Source: Fidelibacterota bacterium (GTDB taxonomy: Bacteria; Fidelibacterota; Marinisomatia; SCGC-AAA003-L08; D37C17). Taken from it: a stretch of DNA of 64,000 nt. Shown here in pieces: positions 30,154 to 40,557 of the stretch. Each line of letters starts with the position of its first letter. Position 1 is the first letter of the stretch. The stretch spans positions 42,103-106,102 of the forward strand of contig PBEF01000023.1 of the NCBI GenBank assembly GCA_002717625.1. Reading direction: 5' to 3'. Made by a program: the position numbers and the translations under genes. The notes under the pieces are model-generated. The model worked only from the letters and a program-made list of their open reading frames with translations. It made no database searches and had not been told where the DNA came from.

Positions 30154-31697
30154 AAAAATATCTATTTATTTTAATGTTTTCAATTCTGTTATCTCAGAAT
30201 AATTCTACCCCTGAGGAAAAAATAGATTCTTTATTAATGAATCCTTTATATGATGATTTATTTGAAACATTAATAACAGAAGCAAAAATGTTTTTTTCTG
30301 ATGCAATAATTTCTGATATAATGAGTGATACATTAGATGCAATGTATCAGTTTGATAATGTTTTTAAAGCTTTAACTCAGTTAGAATTAATTAGTGAGAA
30401 AGATGAGCTTGATAATTTAAAATACCAAAAATTAATGAAAGCTGTAATTGAGTATTATGATAATAGAGTATCAAGTATTGATCATTCAAATACAGGCTTT
30501 TCAACTGCAATTTTTAAAGAAAAATTAGATAATTATATCTATTCTCAAAGCTTAGATGAATTAACAAATGTTGAAGAAACAGTAGAAATCATTGATGGAC
30601 ATATTCCTATTACTTATAATAAAAAAGTAAAGAGTATTATAAATTATTATACAACAAAAGGAAGATCATCAATTCAAAAATGGTTGAATAGAGAAGCAAA
30701 ATATAAAGATATTATTTTGCCAATATTAGAAAGTAAGGGTGTTCCTAGAGAAATATTTTATGTTGCTATGATAGAAAGCGGTTTTAAGCCAAGAGCAAGG
30801 TCTTTTGCAAATGCTGTTGGATATTGGCAATTTATAGAGCCTACAGCTAAAGCATATGGTTTGAAAAAAGATTTTTATTATGATGAAAGAATGGATTTTG
30901 AAAAATCTACTGAAGCTGCATGTGACTATCTGCTTTATCTATATGGAAGATATAATGATTGGTATCTTGCCTTTGCTGCTTATAATACTGGCGAAACAAG
31001 AATTGATAGGCATATTAAGTATTTTAAAACTAAAAATTATTGGGAGCTAACAAACCTACCTAAAGAAACGCAAAATTATGTTCCAAGTATTTTAGCATAT
31101 ATATTTATTTCAAAAAACCCCAAAAAGTATGGATTTACAGTTGATTCAGAACCATTGATAGATTGGAATGTCATTGATATAAAAAAATCAGTAAAAGTTG
31201 ATGATATTGCAAAATGTTCAAAAATAGATAAAAATATTTTATTAGAATATAATCCTGAAATTTTAAGAGAGTATATTTCTTTAGATACAGATGAAATATA
31301 TAAATTTAGAATGCCAAAAAATTGTAGTCCTCAGTTTGATTCTCTTTTTGCATTAATAGAAGAATCATCAAGCAATCATATTGTTTATAAAAAGCATAAA
31401 ATTAAAAAAGGTGAAAGTTTATGGAGTATTGCTATTAAGTATGGAAGTACAATTACAGCAATTTGTGAAGTTAATAAATTGGATAGGAAGAAGCCTATTA
31501 GAATTGGAAAAACAATTACGGTTCCTATAGGGCAATATAAAACGCAACCTAGAAAAACATATTATACTATTAAAAAAGGTGATACGCTTAGTGGGATAGC
31601 TGTGAAATATAAAGTTTCTGTTTCAAAAATAAAAAAATGGAATGGATTAAGAAGTAATACTATACATCCTGGAAAAAAATTAGTTATTCATAAATAA
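30150..31697 (+). CDS. lytic transglycosylase (MltD-like) with two C-terminal LysM domains
   Basis: The SLT catalytic region is present (MIESGFKP, AVGYWQF, AAYNTGE). The LysM repeats are HKIKKGESLWSIAIKYG and YTIKKGDTLSGIAVKY. Confidence 0.85.
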   Translation: MKKYLFILMFSILLSQNNSTPEEKIDSLLMNPLYDDLFETLITEAKMFFSDAIISDIMSDTLDAMYQFDNVFKALTQLELISEKDELDNLKYQKLMKAVIEYYDNRVSSIDHSNTGFSTAIFKEKLDNYIYSQSLDELTNVEETVEIIDGHIPITYNKKVKSIINYYTTKGRSSIQKWLNREAKYKDIILPILESKGVPREIFYVAMIESGFKPRARSFANAVGYWQFIEPTAKAYGLKKDFYYDERMDFEKSTEAACDYLLYLYGRYNDWYLAFAAYNTGETRIDRHIKYFKTKNYWELTNLPKETQNYVPSILAYIFISKNPKKYGFTVDSEPLIDWNVIDIKKSVKVDDIAKCSKIDKNILLEYNPEILREYISLDTDEIYKFRMPKNCSPQFDSLFALIEESSSNHIVYKKHKIKKGESLWSIAIKYGSTITAICEVNKLDRKKPIRIGKTITVPIGQYKTQPRKTYYTIKKGDTLSGIAVKYKVSVSKIKKWNGLRSNTIHPGKKLVIHK

Positions 31698-31776
31698 TTT
31701 TAATATATAAGTTTCTTTTAAAATCAAAAAAAAATCTCTAATATTCAGGACATTTTTCATATTAATATAATTAAAG

Positions 31777-32067
31777 ATGACGAAGTTAGATATAATAAAT
31801 GAATCAGCAAAGCTTACAGGCCTTACAAAAGTAGAAACTGAGCTTGTTTTTGACTCTATTATAAATTCTATTAAAATTTCCCTATCTAAAGGAGAAAGGG
31901 TTGATATAAGAGGTTTTGGAAGCTTTATTACTAAAGTAAAAGATGAGCGAGAAGCAAGAAATCCTGCAACAAATGAAACTTTTATTTTAGAAAAAAGATA
32001 TATTCCCTCTTTTAAAGTCTCTAAATTATTAAAGGAATTTGTAGATTTGGAAATGAAAGAAATATAG
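31777..32067 (+). CDS. HU/IHF-family DNA-binding protein
   Basis: The 96-aa protein carries IRGFGSF...REARNPATNE (beta-arm) and a helical N-terminus. Confidence 0.9.
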   Translation: MTKLDIINESAKLTGLTKVETELVFDSIINSIKISLSKGERVDIRGFGSFITKVKDEREARNPATNETFILEKRYIPSFKVSKLLKEFVDLEMKEI

Positions 32068-32079
32068 GAAGATTTTTAT

Positions 32080-32169
32080 ATGCCTTGTGGTAAAAAAAGA
32101 AAAAAGAAAAAAATGAATACTCATAAGCGTAAAAAACGTTTAAGAGCAAATAGACATAAAAAGAAATAA
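32080..32169 (+). CDS. 29-aa highly basic peptide, bS22 / AURKAIP1-COX24-like candidate ribosomal protein (not in the ORF track)
   Basis: My translation is MPCGKKRKKKKMNTHKRKKRLRANRHKKK. An AGGAAG motif lies about 10 nt upstream. The HKRKKRLR..RHK core matches my recollection of the bS22/mS38-like family. Confidence 0.5.
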   Translation: MPCGKKRKKKKMNTHKRKKRLRANRHKKK

Positions 32170-32244
32170 TATAAAAATTAAATAAATAACTTTTTAAGGC
32201 CATTTAGAGCTTATTGTAATAATAGGTTCTGGTGGCTTTTTTTT

Positions 32245-33453
32245 ATGAATTCTACTACTATATATAATGTTACTCAAATCAATAATAGAATTGACCTTTT
32301 ATTTGATAGAGAGCTAAGGAATATCTTTATTAAAGGTGAAATATCTTCATTTAAATTATATGATTCAGGTCATGCTTACTTTACACTTAAAGATTCTAAA
32401 AGCTTAATTAATTGTGTCTATTTTAATTATAAGAAAAATTCAACTTTAAATATTAGAAATAATGTTGAAGTAGTTGCATATGGAGACATTGGTTTATATA
32501 AACAAAGAGGACAAATGCAGTTTATTGTTTCTAATGTCCATATTGGAGATGCTGGCTTATTGTGGAGTGAATATCTTAAGCTTAAGAATAAGCTGGAAAA
32601 AGAAGGCTTATTTGATTTAGAGTATAAAAAAAAAATACCTCCTTTTCCATCTAGGATAGCTCTAATTTCATCTAAAAAAGGTTCTGTAATACATGATATT
32701 GTATCTATTTTATCTAGAAGAGCACCTTATTTAGATATCATTGTAGAAAACTCTTTTGTTCAAGGTGAAAAAGCAGCAATTTCTATTATTGATTCTCTTA
32801 AAAAAATAGATAATGATAATAATGTAGATTTAATTATCATTGCAAGAGGAGGTGGATCTTTAGAAGATATGATACCTTTCAATGATGAATCATTAGTTCG
32901 TCAAATATTTAAAAATTCTACTCCTATTATTACAGCTATAGGTCATGAAACAGATTTTACTTTGGCTGATTTTGTTTCAGATAGAAGGGCTTCAACTCCA
33001 TCTGAAGCTGCAGAAATATGTGCTCCTGATATTTCTTATATTTATAATATGATTAATGATTATAAGGTAGGAATCTCTAATTCATTTAATAAATTTATTA
33101 CACAAAAAAAAAATATATTGGATAGTTATTATTTAAGGATATTATCAAAAAACCCTAAATTATCTGTACAATCTTATAGCGATAAATTAAAGTTTAGTTC
33201 TAAGATATTATTAAATATTGCTAATGAGCGTTTAAAATATTATAGATATTCAATTAATCAGTATGATAATAAAATTTCAAATTATAATGTAGATGCTATT
33301 AAAAATAGAGGGTTTTTTATTGCTAGAAAAGATGGTAAACTCATTACTAGTAATGATAACATTGAAATCAATGATTGCATTGATATTGAATCTAATGATT
33401 ATATAATTAGAGCAAAAGTAAATAAAATTAGTGAAAAAGATAAAAGAAGATAA
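32245..33453 (+). CDS. xseA: exodeoxyribonuclease VII large subunit
   Basis: It has an N-terminal OB-fold region and the motifs ARGGGSLEDM and GHETDFTLADFV. Confidence 0.93.
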   Translation: MNSTTIYNVTQINNRIDLLFDRELRNIFIKGEISSFKLYDSGHAYFTLKDSKSLINCVYFNYKKNSTLNIRNNVEVVAYGDIGLYKQRGQMQFIVSNVHIGDAGLLWSEYLKLKNKLEKEGLFDLEYKKKIPPFPSRIALISSKKGSVIHDIVSILSRRAPYLDIIVENSFVQGEKAAISIIDSLKKIDNDNNVDLIIIARGGGSLEDMIPFNDESLVRQIFKNSTPIITAIGHETDFTLADFVSDRRASTPSEAAEICAPDISYIYNMINDYKVGISNSFNKFITQKKNILDSYYLRILSKNPKLSVQSYSDKLKFSSKILLNIANERLKYYRYSINQYDNKISNYNVDAIKNRGFFIARKDGKLITSNDNIEINDCIDIESNDYIIRAKVNKISEKDKRR

Positions 33454-33643
33454 ATCTCTAGAAAAATTATTTTCTGAATTAGATAATACAGTAAGCAAAC
33501 TGGAAGATGATAATATTTCATTAGATGAAATGATTGTTTTGTTTGAAAAAGGCATGAAACTAGTAAAAGCATGTGATGAAAAACTGAAAAAATCAGATAT
33601 AAAAATAAAAAAAATATTAACTGAATCTAAAATTTCAGATTAG
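33431..33643 (+). CDS. xseB: exodeoxyribonuclease VII small subunit
   Basis: It is a 70-aa helical protein (LEKLFSELDNTVSKLEDDNISLDEMIVLFEKGMKL). It uses a GTG start that overlaps xseA. Confidence 0.85.
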   Translation: MKKIKEDKSLEKLFSELDNTVSKLEDDNISLDEMIVLFEKGMKLVKACDEKLKKSDIKIKKILTESKISD

Positions 33644-33644
33644 T

Positions 33645-34514
33645 ATGATGAATATTTTTTGTACAGGAAATCAAACTAAAAAAAATTTCTATAAAACTTT
33701 AGATAAAATAGTTGAGATATCTAAGCCTTACAATCACATTTTATATCTTGATAATAAAATTATCAATAAATATTCTAAGGTCAATTGTATATCATTTAAT
33801 GATTTTCTTAATGAAAATTCATCTGGCATTGTATTATCAATTGGAGGAGATGGATCCTTGTTGAATACTGTGAGATCCATGAAAAATAATCAATTACCTA
33901 TTTTAGGTATTCATATAGGAAAGTTAGGATTTTTAAATCAATGTCATTCAAAACATATGGAGAAGACCTTACATTCTCTTTTTGAATTTAAAGATTATAC
34001 TGTAAAAGAATTCAATTTATTATCAGCTAATATTCATTTTAACGATAAAGAAGATATTAGTTTGCTTGCTGTTAATGATATTGTAATTAATCATGGAAAT
34101 TTATTAAGACTTATTAAATTTTCTATTGATTTAGATACTGAACATTTAAATAAATATTCTAGTGATGGAATTATCTTCTCGACACCATTGGGTTCAACAG
34201 CATATTCTTTATCTGCAGGTGGTCCTATAGTATCCCCTGATATAGATGGAATTATAGTTACTCCAATTTCTCCACATAGTTTATCTGCAAGGCCAATTGT
34301 TCTAGATGGGAGTCATAGATTGAAAATTTCATTTGATGAAAAATATGATAGAATAAATATCACATCAGATGGTCAAGATCAGGTAAAAATTAATAGTAAC
34401 TGTACTGTAGAAATTTTGAAATCTAACATTAAAGCAAAATTCATATATGTTGAAAAAATGGAAACTTATTATTTTAAATTAAGAAATAAGCTTAATTGGT
34501 TTGGAAAGTATTAA
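33645..34514 (+). CDS. nadK: NAD kinase
   Basis: The motifs GGDGSLL and STPLGSTAYSLSAGGPIVSP are present. Confidence 0.9.
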   Translation: MMNIFCTGNQTKKNFYKTLDKIVEISKPYNHILYLDNKIINKYSKVNCISFNDFLNENSSGIVLSIGGDGSLLNTVRSMKNNQLPILGIHIGKLGFLNQCHSKHMEKTLHSLFEFKDYTVKEFNLLSANIHFNDKEDISLLAVNDIVINHGNLLRLIKFSIDLDTEHLNKYSSDGIIFSTPLGSTAYSLSAGGPIVSPDIDGIIVTPISPHSLSARPIVLDGSHRLKISFDEKYDRINITSDGQDQVKINSNCTVEILKSNIKAKFIYVEKMETYYFKLRNKLNWFGKY

Positions 34515-36180
34515 GAATAGAAATAAAATATTAATTATATTTTTACTGGTGCTTCTTATGGCTTGTAATAGTGCTAGTGATTATTCGTTTAAAAGTTTAT
34601 TGAAAGCCTTTAATAGTTGGATTTCTATACATTCAAATGAATCTCTAGATGATTTGAATTCTAAAAATTTTTTTATTAGAAATAAAAAGGGAACATCTGA
34701 ATACTTTAGTGAATATTTTTTTGATTTAAAACGTTTTAAACTAGAATTATTCCAAATAGATAAAAAAAGTTTAAATAATAAAAATAGAAATATTCATATC
34801 GCTTTAAATGAAAAAATAAATTCATTGCTTTATTCTCATTCTTATAGTAGTTATACCTGGGACCCCATTTATTATATTGAACCCTTAAACAATTATCTTC
34901 TTAACTTATTACTATGTAATAATCTAGGCTATGATATGAAAATTCAATATATTGATGATGCTTTAGACTATATCCCCTTATATTTTAATAGAACAAAAAA
35001 AACACTTTTATCTTCTAATGATTATTTTATAAAAAGAGCAATAAGTGAAATAAACATAACGCAAGAGTTGTTAGAAAATATACCTCTTTATATTGATTTT
35101 AATGATACTGTTTTTATTGATATAGAAAAGAAAATATATAATAATGTAAAATTTATGAAATCTTATGAGGATTGGCTTGAAAGTAAAAAAACTAATGAAG
35201 CATTAACTGAAAAGAGAAGTATTGCTAAAATACTTAATAATGCTTTATTTGATATTGAAAATAAATATAACTATAGTAATTCTATAGATTCTTTAGAGTT
35301 GAAAATTAAAATGTTGAAAAAAGATATATTGCATAGTGCTTCTATTATTTACTTTGCTGATAATAGTATAGAAAAAACAATTTTAGAAAATTATGAAGAT
35401 AGCACTGCTAGTCTTTATTATATACTTGATAAAAATAGTAAACCTAGTAATATTAATAAGGATTATTCTTCACAGGTAATTTATTTTAATGATAAATATA
35501 AAAAACTTTTAGAGTCATTTGATATCATTGATATAAATGAGATAGAAATAGAATTTCCTTATTATAATACACTTTTTGAATTATTTGAAAACTCTATATT
35601 TATTATAAATCCCTATTATAGTAGTAATCCTATGAATGTTATTATTAACTCTTATAATAATTCAGATTTATTCAAAACAGAAGCTGAAATTTTTTTAGTT
35701 GAAGAAGTACTTAGCAGGACTTTTTACTTTAATGATTTTTCTGATAGTCATATTGATATTTATAATGACATCAATCATTATTCATGGTCTAAATTTCTTT
35801 CAACTTACATAGATTATAAAGATTATAATATTATTGATCAAAACTATAGGTTCTTATACAAATTAGATTTATTACAAGATTTTTTGAAAATATTAATAAA
35901 ATATAAATATTATAATAACGAAATAAGTAAAGAAGATGCAATTTTTTTATTAATAAATGAAGGTTTTATAGATAAAAAAATGTCTTCTAAAATTTTTGAA
36001 GAAATTATTTATAATTATGTTGAAAATGATTTAGAAAAATTTATTAGTTATATGTATTTATATGATTTGTTTAATGATTATTGTCTCATTAATAAAAAAA
36101 TGTCTGAAGCTGAATTCATAAAAAAAATTTTTAAGCATGGATTCCTTCCAATCTATAACTATAAAACTGTATTAAATTAG
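34501..36180 (+). CDS. hypothetical lipoprotein (possibly DUF885-like)
   Basis: It uses a TTG start and has a lipobox-like LLVLLMAC|NS. The 559-aa protein is rich in N, K, Y and I, and I see no catalytic motif. The DUF885 resemblance is impressionistic. Confidence 0.4.
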   Translation: MESIKNRNKILIIFLLVLLMACNSASDYSFKSLLKAFNSWISIHSNESLDDLNSKNFFIRNKKGTSEYFSEYFFDLKRFKLELFQIDKKSLNNKNRNIHIALNEKINSLLYSHSYSSYTWDPIYYIEPLNNYLLNLLLCNNLGYDMKIQYIDDALDYIPLYFNRTKKTLLSSNDYFIKRAISEINITQELLENIPLYIDFNDTVFIDIEKKIYNNVKFMKSYEDWLESKKTNEALTEKRSIAKILNNALFDIENKYNYSNSIDSLELKIKMLKKDILHSASIIYFADNSIEKTILENYEDSTASLYYILDKNSKPSNINKDYSSQVIYFNDKYKKLLESFDIIDINEIEIEFPYYNTLFELFENSIFIINPYYSSNPMNVIINSYNNSDLFKTEAEIFLVEEVLSRTFYFNDFSDSHIDIYNDINHYSWSKFLSTYIDYKDYNIIDQNYRFLYKLDLLQDFLKILIKYKYYNNEISKEDAIFLLINEGFIDKKMSSKIFEEIIYNYVENDLEKFISYMYLYDLFNDYCLINKKMSEAEFIKKIFKHGFLPIYNYKTVLN

Positions 36181-36184
36181 TGTT

Positions 36185-38029
36185 ATGAATAAACCTGTTA
36201 AATATGATGAAGATAGTATAAAGTCTTTAAGCTGGAAAGAGCATATAAGAAAGCGTCCTGGCATGTATATTGGAAAACTAGGTAATGGCTCTTCTATTGA
36301 TGATGGTATATATATATTAATTAAAGAAGTTATTGATAATAGTATTGATGAACATATTATGGGTTATGGAAATAAAATTGAATTCAAACATAATGAAAAT
36401 GTTATATCAATTAGAGATTATGGTAGAGGTATTCCTCTTGGAAAAGTTGAAGATTGTGCTTCAAAAATTAATACTGGTGGTAAATATGATAGTGAAGTAT
36501 TTAAAAAATCTGTTGGTTTAAATGGAGTTGGTATTAAAGCCGTAAATGCTTTATCTAGTAATTTTGAAATTTATTCAATTAGAGATGGTAAAACAATAGA
36601 ATTAAGATTTTCAAAAGGAGAGTTGGTTGATAAAAGTAATATCAAGAATACAGATTTATCTAATGGAACTTTTGTGAGATTTACTCCAGATAATGAAATT
36701 TTTAAAAAATTCAATTATATAGAGACTTATATTGAAGAGAAAATTATGTTTTATACATATTTGAATGCAAAACTTTCTATTATTTATAATAATAAAAAAT
36801 ATAAATCTGATGGTGGTTTAAAAGATCTACTGAAATATAAAACGAAAAGCTACAATCTATCTTATCCAATTATCCATTTGAAAAATAATGATATTGAAGT
36901 TTCTATTACTCATAGCGATAATTATGGTGAAGAATATTATTCTTTTGTAAATGGGCAATATACAGCGCATGGAGGAACACACTTAATGGCTTTTAGAGAG
37001 AGTTTTGTGCGTTCTATTAGAGATTTTTATAAAAAAGATTTTGACGTATCAGATATTCGGGCTTCTATAGTGGTTGCATTAAGTATTAGACTTCAAAATC
37101 CTGTTTTTGAATCGCAGACAAAGAATAAATTAGGCTCAATTGATATGGCTCCTAATGGTCCTACTATTAAGGTTTATATTAATGATTTTTTTAAAACTGA
37201 ATTTGATAATTTTTTACATAAAAACCCTGAAATTTCTAAACTTATTTTTGATAAAATAATTCAATCAGAAAAAGAAAGAAAAGATATTGCAGGTATTAAA
37301 AAAATAGCTAAACAAAAAACAAAAAAAGCAAATTTACATAATAAAAAATTAAGAGATTGCAAGTATCATTATAATGATAAAAAAATAGCAGATGAATTTA
37401 AATTTGCATCTACATTATTTATTACTGAAGGAGATTCTGCTAGTGGTTCTATAACTAAAACAAGGGATGTTAAAACACAAGCTGTATTTAGTCTCAGAGG
37501 GAAGCCTTTAAATTCATATGGCCTAACAAAAAAGATTGTTTATCAAAACGAAGAATTCAATTTACTCCAGCATGCTTTAAATATAGAAGAAGGTGTTGGT
37601 GAATTAAGATATAATAAAGTAGTTATAGCTACAGATGCAGATGTAGATGGTATGCATATTAGATTGTTAATATTAACTTTTTTTCTTCAATTTTATCCTG
37701 AACTTGTAAGAAATGGTCATGTTTATATTTTGGAAACTCCATTATTTAGAATTAGGAATAAAGTAAAAACATTATATGCATATTCAGAAAATGAAAAAAC
37801 TAATGCTATCGATACTATAGGAGGAAAGATAGAAATTACTAGGTTTAAAGGTCTAGGAGAAATTTCTCCTCATGAATTTAAAGATTTTATTGGTGACAAT
37901 ATGAAATTAGAGCCTGTGATATATAATGGCAATGAATCTATTAAAGAGATTTTATCTTATTATATGGGGAAAAATACTCAAAATAGGCAGGAATTTATTA
38001 TTGATAATTTAAAAGAGAGCGATATTTAA
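36185..38029 (+). CDS. parE: type IIA topoisomerase subunit B (topoisomerase IV ParE-type)
   Basis: It has a GHKL ATPase region ([15 protein letters not shown]) and a Toprim domain ([24 protein letters not shown]). The short 614-aa form and pairing with a ParC-like gene favour ParE over GyrB. Confidence 0.8.
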   Translation: MNKPVKYDEDSIKSLSWKEHIRKRPGMYIGKLGNGSSIDDGIYILIKEVIDNSIDEHIMGYGNKIEFKHNENVISIRDYGRGIPLGKVEDCASKINTGGKYDSEVFKKSVGLNGVGIKAVNALSSNFEIYSIRDGKTIELRFSKGELVDKSNIKNTDLSNGTFVRFTPDNEIFKKFNYIETYIEEKIMFYTYLNAKLSIIYNNKKYKSDGGLKDLLKYKTKSYNLSYPIIHLKNNDIEVSITHSDNYGEEYYSFVNGQYTAHGGTHLMAFRESFVRSIRDFYKKDFDVSDIRASIVVALSIRLQNPVFESQTKNKLGSIDMAPNGPTIKVYINDFFKTEFDNFLHKNPEISKLIFDKIIQSEKERKDIAGIKKIAKQKTKKANLHNKKLRDCKYHYNDKKIADEFKFASTLFITEGDSASGSITKTRDVKTQAVFSLRGKPLNSYGLTKKIVYQNEEFNLLQHALNIEEGVGELRYNKVVIATDADVDGMHIRLLILTFFLQFYPELVRNGHVYILETPLFRIRNKVKTLYAYSENEKTNAIDTIGGKIEITRFKGLGEISPHEFKDFIGDNMKLEPVIYNGNESIKEILSYYMGKNTQNRQEFIIDNLKESDI

Positions 38030-40554
38030 TGTCTGATAAAACTAATCAAAATTTATCTACTATGTATAAAGATTGGTTTCTAGATTATGCATCTTATGTG
38101 ATTTTAGAAAGAGCAATTCCTGATATTAATGATGGCTTTAAACCTGTTCAAAAAAGAATTTTACATTCAATGCGAGAAATGCATGATGGCCGTTATCACA
38201 AAGTTGCTAATATTATTGGTCATACTATGCAATATCATCCTCATGGAGATGCTGCTATTGGAGATGCTTTAGTATCTTTGGGTCAGAAGGATTTACTTAT
38301 AGATACTCAAGGAAATTGGGGAGATATCAGAACGGGAGATAAATCTGCAGCACCAAGATATATAGAAGCTAGATTATCTGATTTTGCGCTAGCAGTTTTA
38401 TTCAATAAACATATTACTAAATGGAAAAAGTCTTACGATGGTAGAAAAGATGAACCTATATCTCTACCTGTTAGATTCCCTCTTGTACTTAGTCAAGGTG
38501 TTGAGGGTATAGCTGTTGGGTTATCTACAAAAATATTACCACATAATTTTAATGAATTAATTAAAGCATCTATTGCTATTTTAAATGAGAAATCATTTAA
38601 AATAGTTCCTGATTTTCAAACAGGAGGAATGATAGATGTAAGTCAATATAATAATGGAAAAAGAGGAGGGAGAGTTAGAATTCGTTCTCATATTGATATT
38701 GTAGATAAAGTTACATTGAAAATTAAAAGTATCCCATATGGTGTTACAACTGTAAATTTAATTGATTCAATTATTAAAGCTAATGAATCTGGAAAAATTA
38801 AAATAAAACACATTGAGGATAATACAGCTGAGAATGTGGAAATTATTATAACTCTAGTTAAGGGGACTTCTCCAAATGTTACCGTAGATGCTTTATATGC
38901 ATTTACAAATTGTGAAGTATCAGTTTCTCCTAATTGCTGTATTATAGTTAATAATAAACCTGAATTTATATCTGTTAATGAATTACTTAAAATATCAACT
39001 AAAAAAACAGTTGATTTATTAAAGGAAGATTTAGAATATAATTTATTTACACTTGATAGGCAATGGCATAAGCTAACACTTGAAAAAATATTTATAGAAA
39101 ATAAGATATATCGAGATATAGAAGAGTGTGAGACTTGGGAATCTATTATTTCTACAATATCCTCTAGAATTGAACCCTTTAAAAAAGAATTAAAATTTGA
39201 AATTTCTGATGAGGATATTTCATCTTTAACTGAAATTAAAATTAAAAGAATTACAAGATATGATTCTCTTAAACAAAATGAAAAGTTATTGAATATAGAA
39301 AGTGAAATTGATGAAATAAAAAATGATATTAAGTATATCATCGAGTATTCAATACGATATTTTGAATATTTATTAAAAAAGTTTGGAAAAGGAAAAGATA
39401 GAAAAACAGAAATTGCATCTTTTGATTCAATTTCAGTAAGACGAGTTGCTGTTGCTGATCAAAAATTATTTATGAATAAAGAAGGTTTTATTGGTACGTC
39501 ATTGAAAGATGGAGAGTATATTTGTAAATGTTCAAAATTAGACAATATCATTGTTGTCCTTAAAAATGGAACTTTATTAATTACAAAAGTTGAAGATAAA
39601 AAGTATATAGGTAAAGATATCCTATATGCTAATGTTTGGAAGAAAAATGATAAACATATGATTTATAATATTGCATATGTAAATAAAAAAAATAAATATA
39701 CATATGTAAAAAGATTTGCAGCTACATCTCTTATTCTTAATAAAGTTTACAATATTACTGGTGGAAGTTTTGATAATAATATTTTATACTTTACTGCAAA
39801 CCCTAATAGTGAGGCTGAAATAGTTACAATCTCTTTACATTTTTCAAGTAAAGCAAGGTCTAAATCTTTTGATTATGATTATTCTGATTTGAATATTAAG
39901 GGTAGAGATGCAGTAGGGAATATTTTGAGTAAATATAATGTTCGAAAAATAGTTCATAAAGAAAAAGGAGAATCAACTTTAGGTGGAAGGAAATTATGGT
40001 TAGATGATAATATCGGCCGACTCAATATAGATGAAAGGGGAAAATATTTAGGAAGTTTTAATCTTAAAGATAGGATTCTTGTAGTATATGGTGATGGAAC
40101 CTATGAAATGACTAATTTTGATTTATCAAATAGATATAAGATGTCAGATATTAAGTTAATAGAGAAATTTGATAAAAATTCATCTATAACATTGCTCTAT
40201 TATAACGGAAAGAATAAAAATTATTTTGTTAAACGCTTTTTAATAGAAACCTCTATAATGGCTAAGCGATTTATGCTTATTCCAGATTCTAGAGGATCTA
40301 AATTGATTTTAGTATCTTCTAAAGATAAAATAATGATTGAATATAATTATAGAACTAAAAAAGGAGATAAGAAAAAAAAGAGTATTTTAAATACTGATAT
40401 TGTTGATATTAAAGGATGGAAAGCTGCTGGTAATAGATTAGATGATAGATTAAGGATGAGTGGGTTCAAGTTTTCTCAATTATTAGAAGATTCTAATAAC
40501 AGTAAACAAGATAATGAAGCAAATGATAACCTTGAAGACCTGACATTGTTTTAA
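38029..40554 (+). CDS. parC: type IIA topoisomerase subunit A (topoisomerase IV ParC-type)
   Basis: It carries DGFKPVQKRIL, HPHGD, and the catalytic Tyr in AAPRYIEARL. It overlaps the parE stop by 1 nt. Confidence 0.8.
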   Translation: MSDKTNQNLSTMYKDWFLDYASYVILERAIPDINDGFKPVQKRILHSMREMHDGRYHKVANIIGHTMQYHPHGDAAIGDALVSLGQKDLLIDTQGNWGDIRTGDKSAAPRYIEARLSDFALAVLFNKHITKWKKSYDGRKDEPISLPVRFPLVLSQGVEGIAVGLSTKILPHNFNELIKASIAILNEKSFKIVPDFQTGGMIDVSQYNNGKRGGRVRIRSHIDIVDKVTLKIKSIPYGVTTVNLIDSIIKANESGKIKIKHIEDNTAENVEIIITLVKGTSPNVTVDALYAFTNCEVSVSPNCCIIVNNKPEFISVNELLKISTKKTVDLLKEDLEYNLFTLDRQWHKLTLEKIFIENKIYRDIEECETWESIISTISSRIEPFKKELKFEISDEDISSLTEIKIKRITRYDSLKQNEKLLNIESEIDEIKNDIKYIIEYSIRYFEYLLKKFGKGKDRKTEIASFDSISVRRVAVADQKLFMNKEGFIGTSLKDGEYICKCSKLDNIIVVLKNGTLLITKVEDKKYIGKDILYANVWKKNDKHMIYNIAYVNKKNKYTYVKRFAATSLILNKVYNITGGSFDNNILYFTANPNSEAEIVTISLHFSSKARSKSFDYDYSDLNIKGRDAVGNILSKYNVRKIVHKEKGESTLGGRKLWLDDNIGRLNIDERGKYLGSFNLKDRILVVYGDGTYEMTNFDLSNRYKMSDIKLIEKFDKNSSITLLYYNGKNKNYFVKRFLIETSIMAKRFMLIPDSRGSKLILVSSKDKIMIEYNYRTKKGDKKKKSILNTDIVDIKGWKAAGNRLDDRLRMSGFKFSQLLEDSNNSKQDNEANDNLEDLTLF

Positions 40555-40557
40555 TGT

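Noticed and set aside
32021-32203. A 60-aa minus-strand ORF from the track spans the HU to xseA spacer.
   Set aside because: Its product is F, Y and L-rich low complexity. It is simply the complement of the lysine/arginine-rich AAA/AAG run of the plus-strand bS22-like micro-ORF, which has an SD-like motif and a family-like sequence.
33277-33555. A 92-aa ORF lies antisense across the xseA/xseB junction.
   Set aside because: It is antisense to two recognisable genes and is low-complexity.
36333-36521. Same-strand alternative-frame ORFs lie inside parE (36333-36521) and inside the lyase gene (41227-41442).
   Set aside because: They are out-of-frame overlaps within conserved coding regions, short, and with no start context.
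38688-39341. A 217-aa ORF lies antisense inside parC. That is long for an AT-rich genome.
   Set aside because: The sense frame encodes well-conserved ParC. The antisense product is low-complexity (S, I, F and L-rich), as expected opposite a K/E/I/N-rich coding stretch. Stops in that antisense register require specific sense codon pairs that happen to be absent. It has no SD motif and no recognisable motif.
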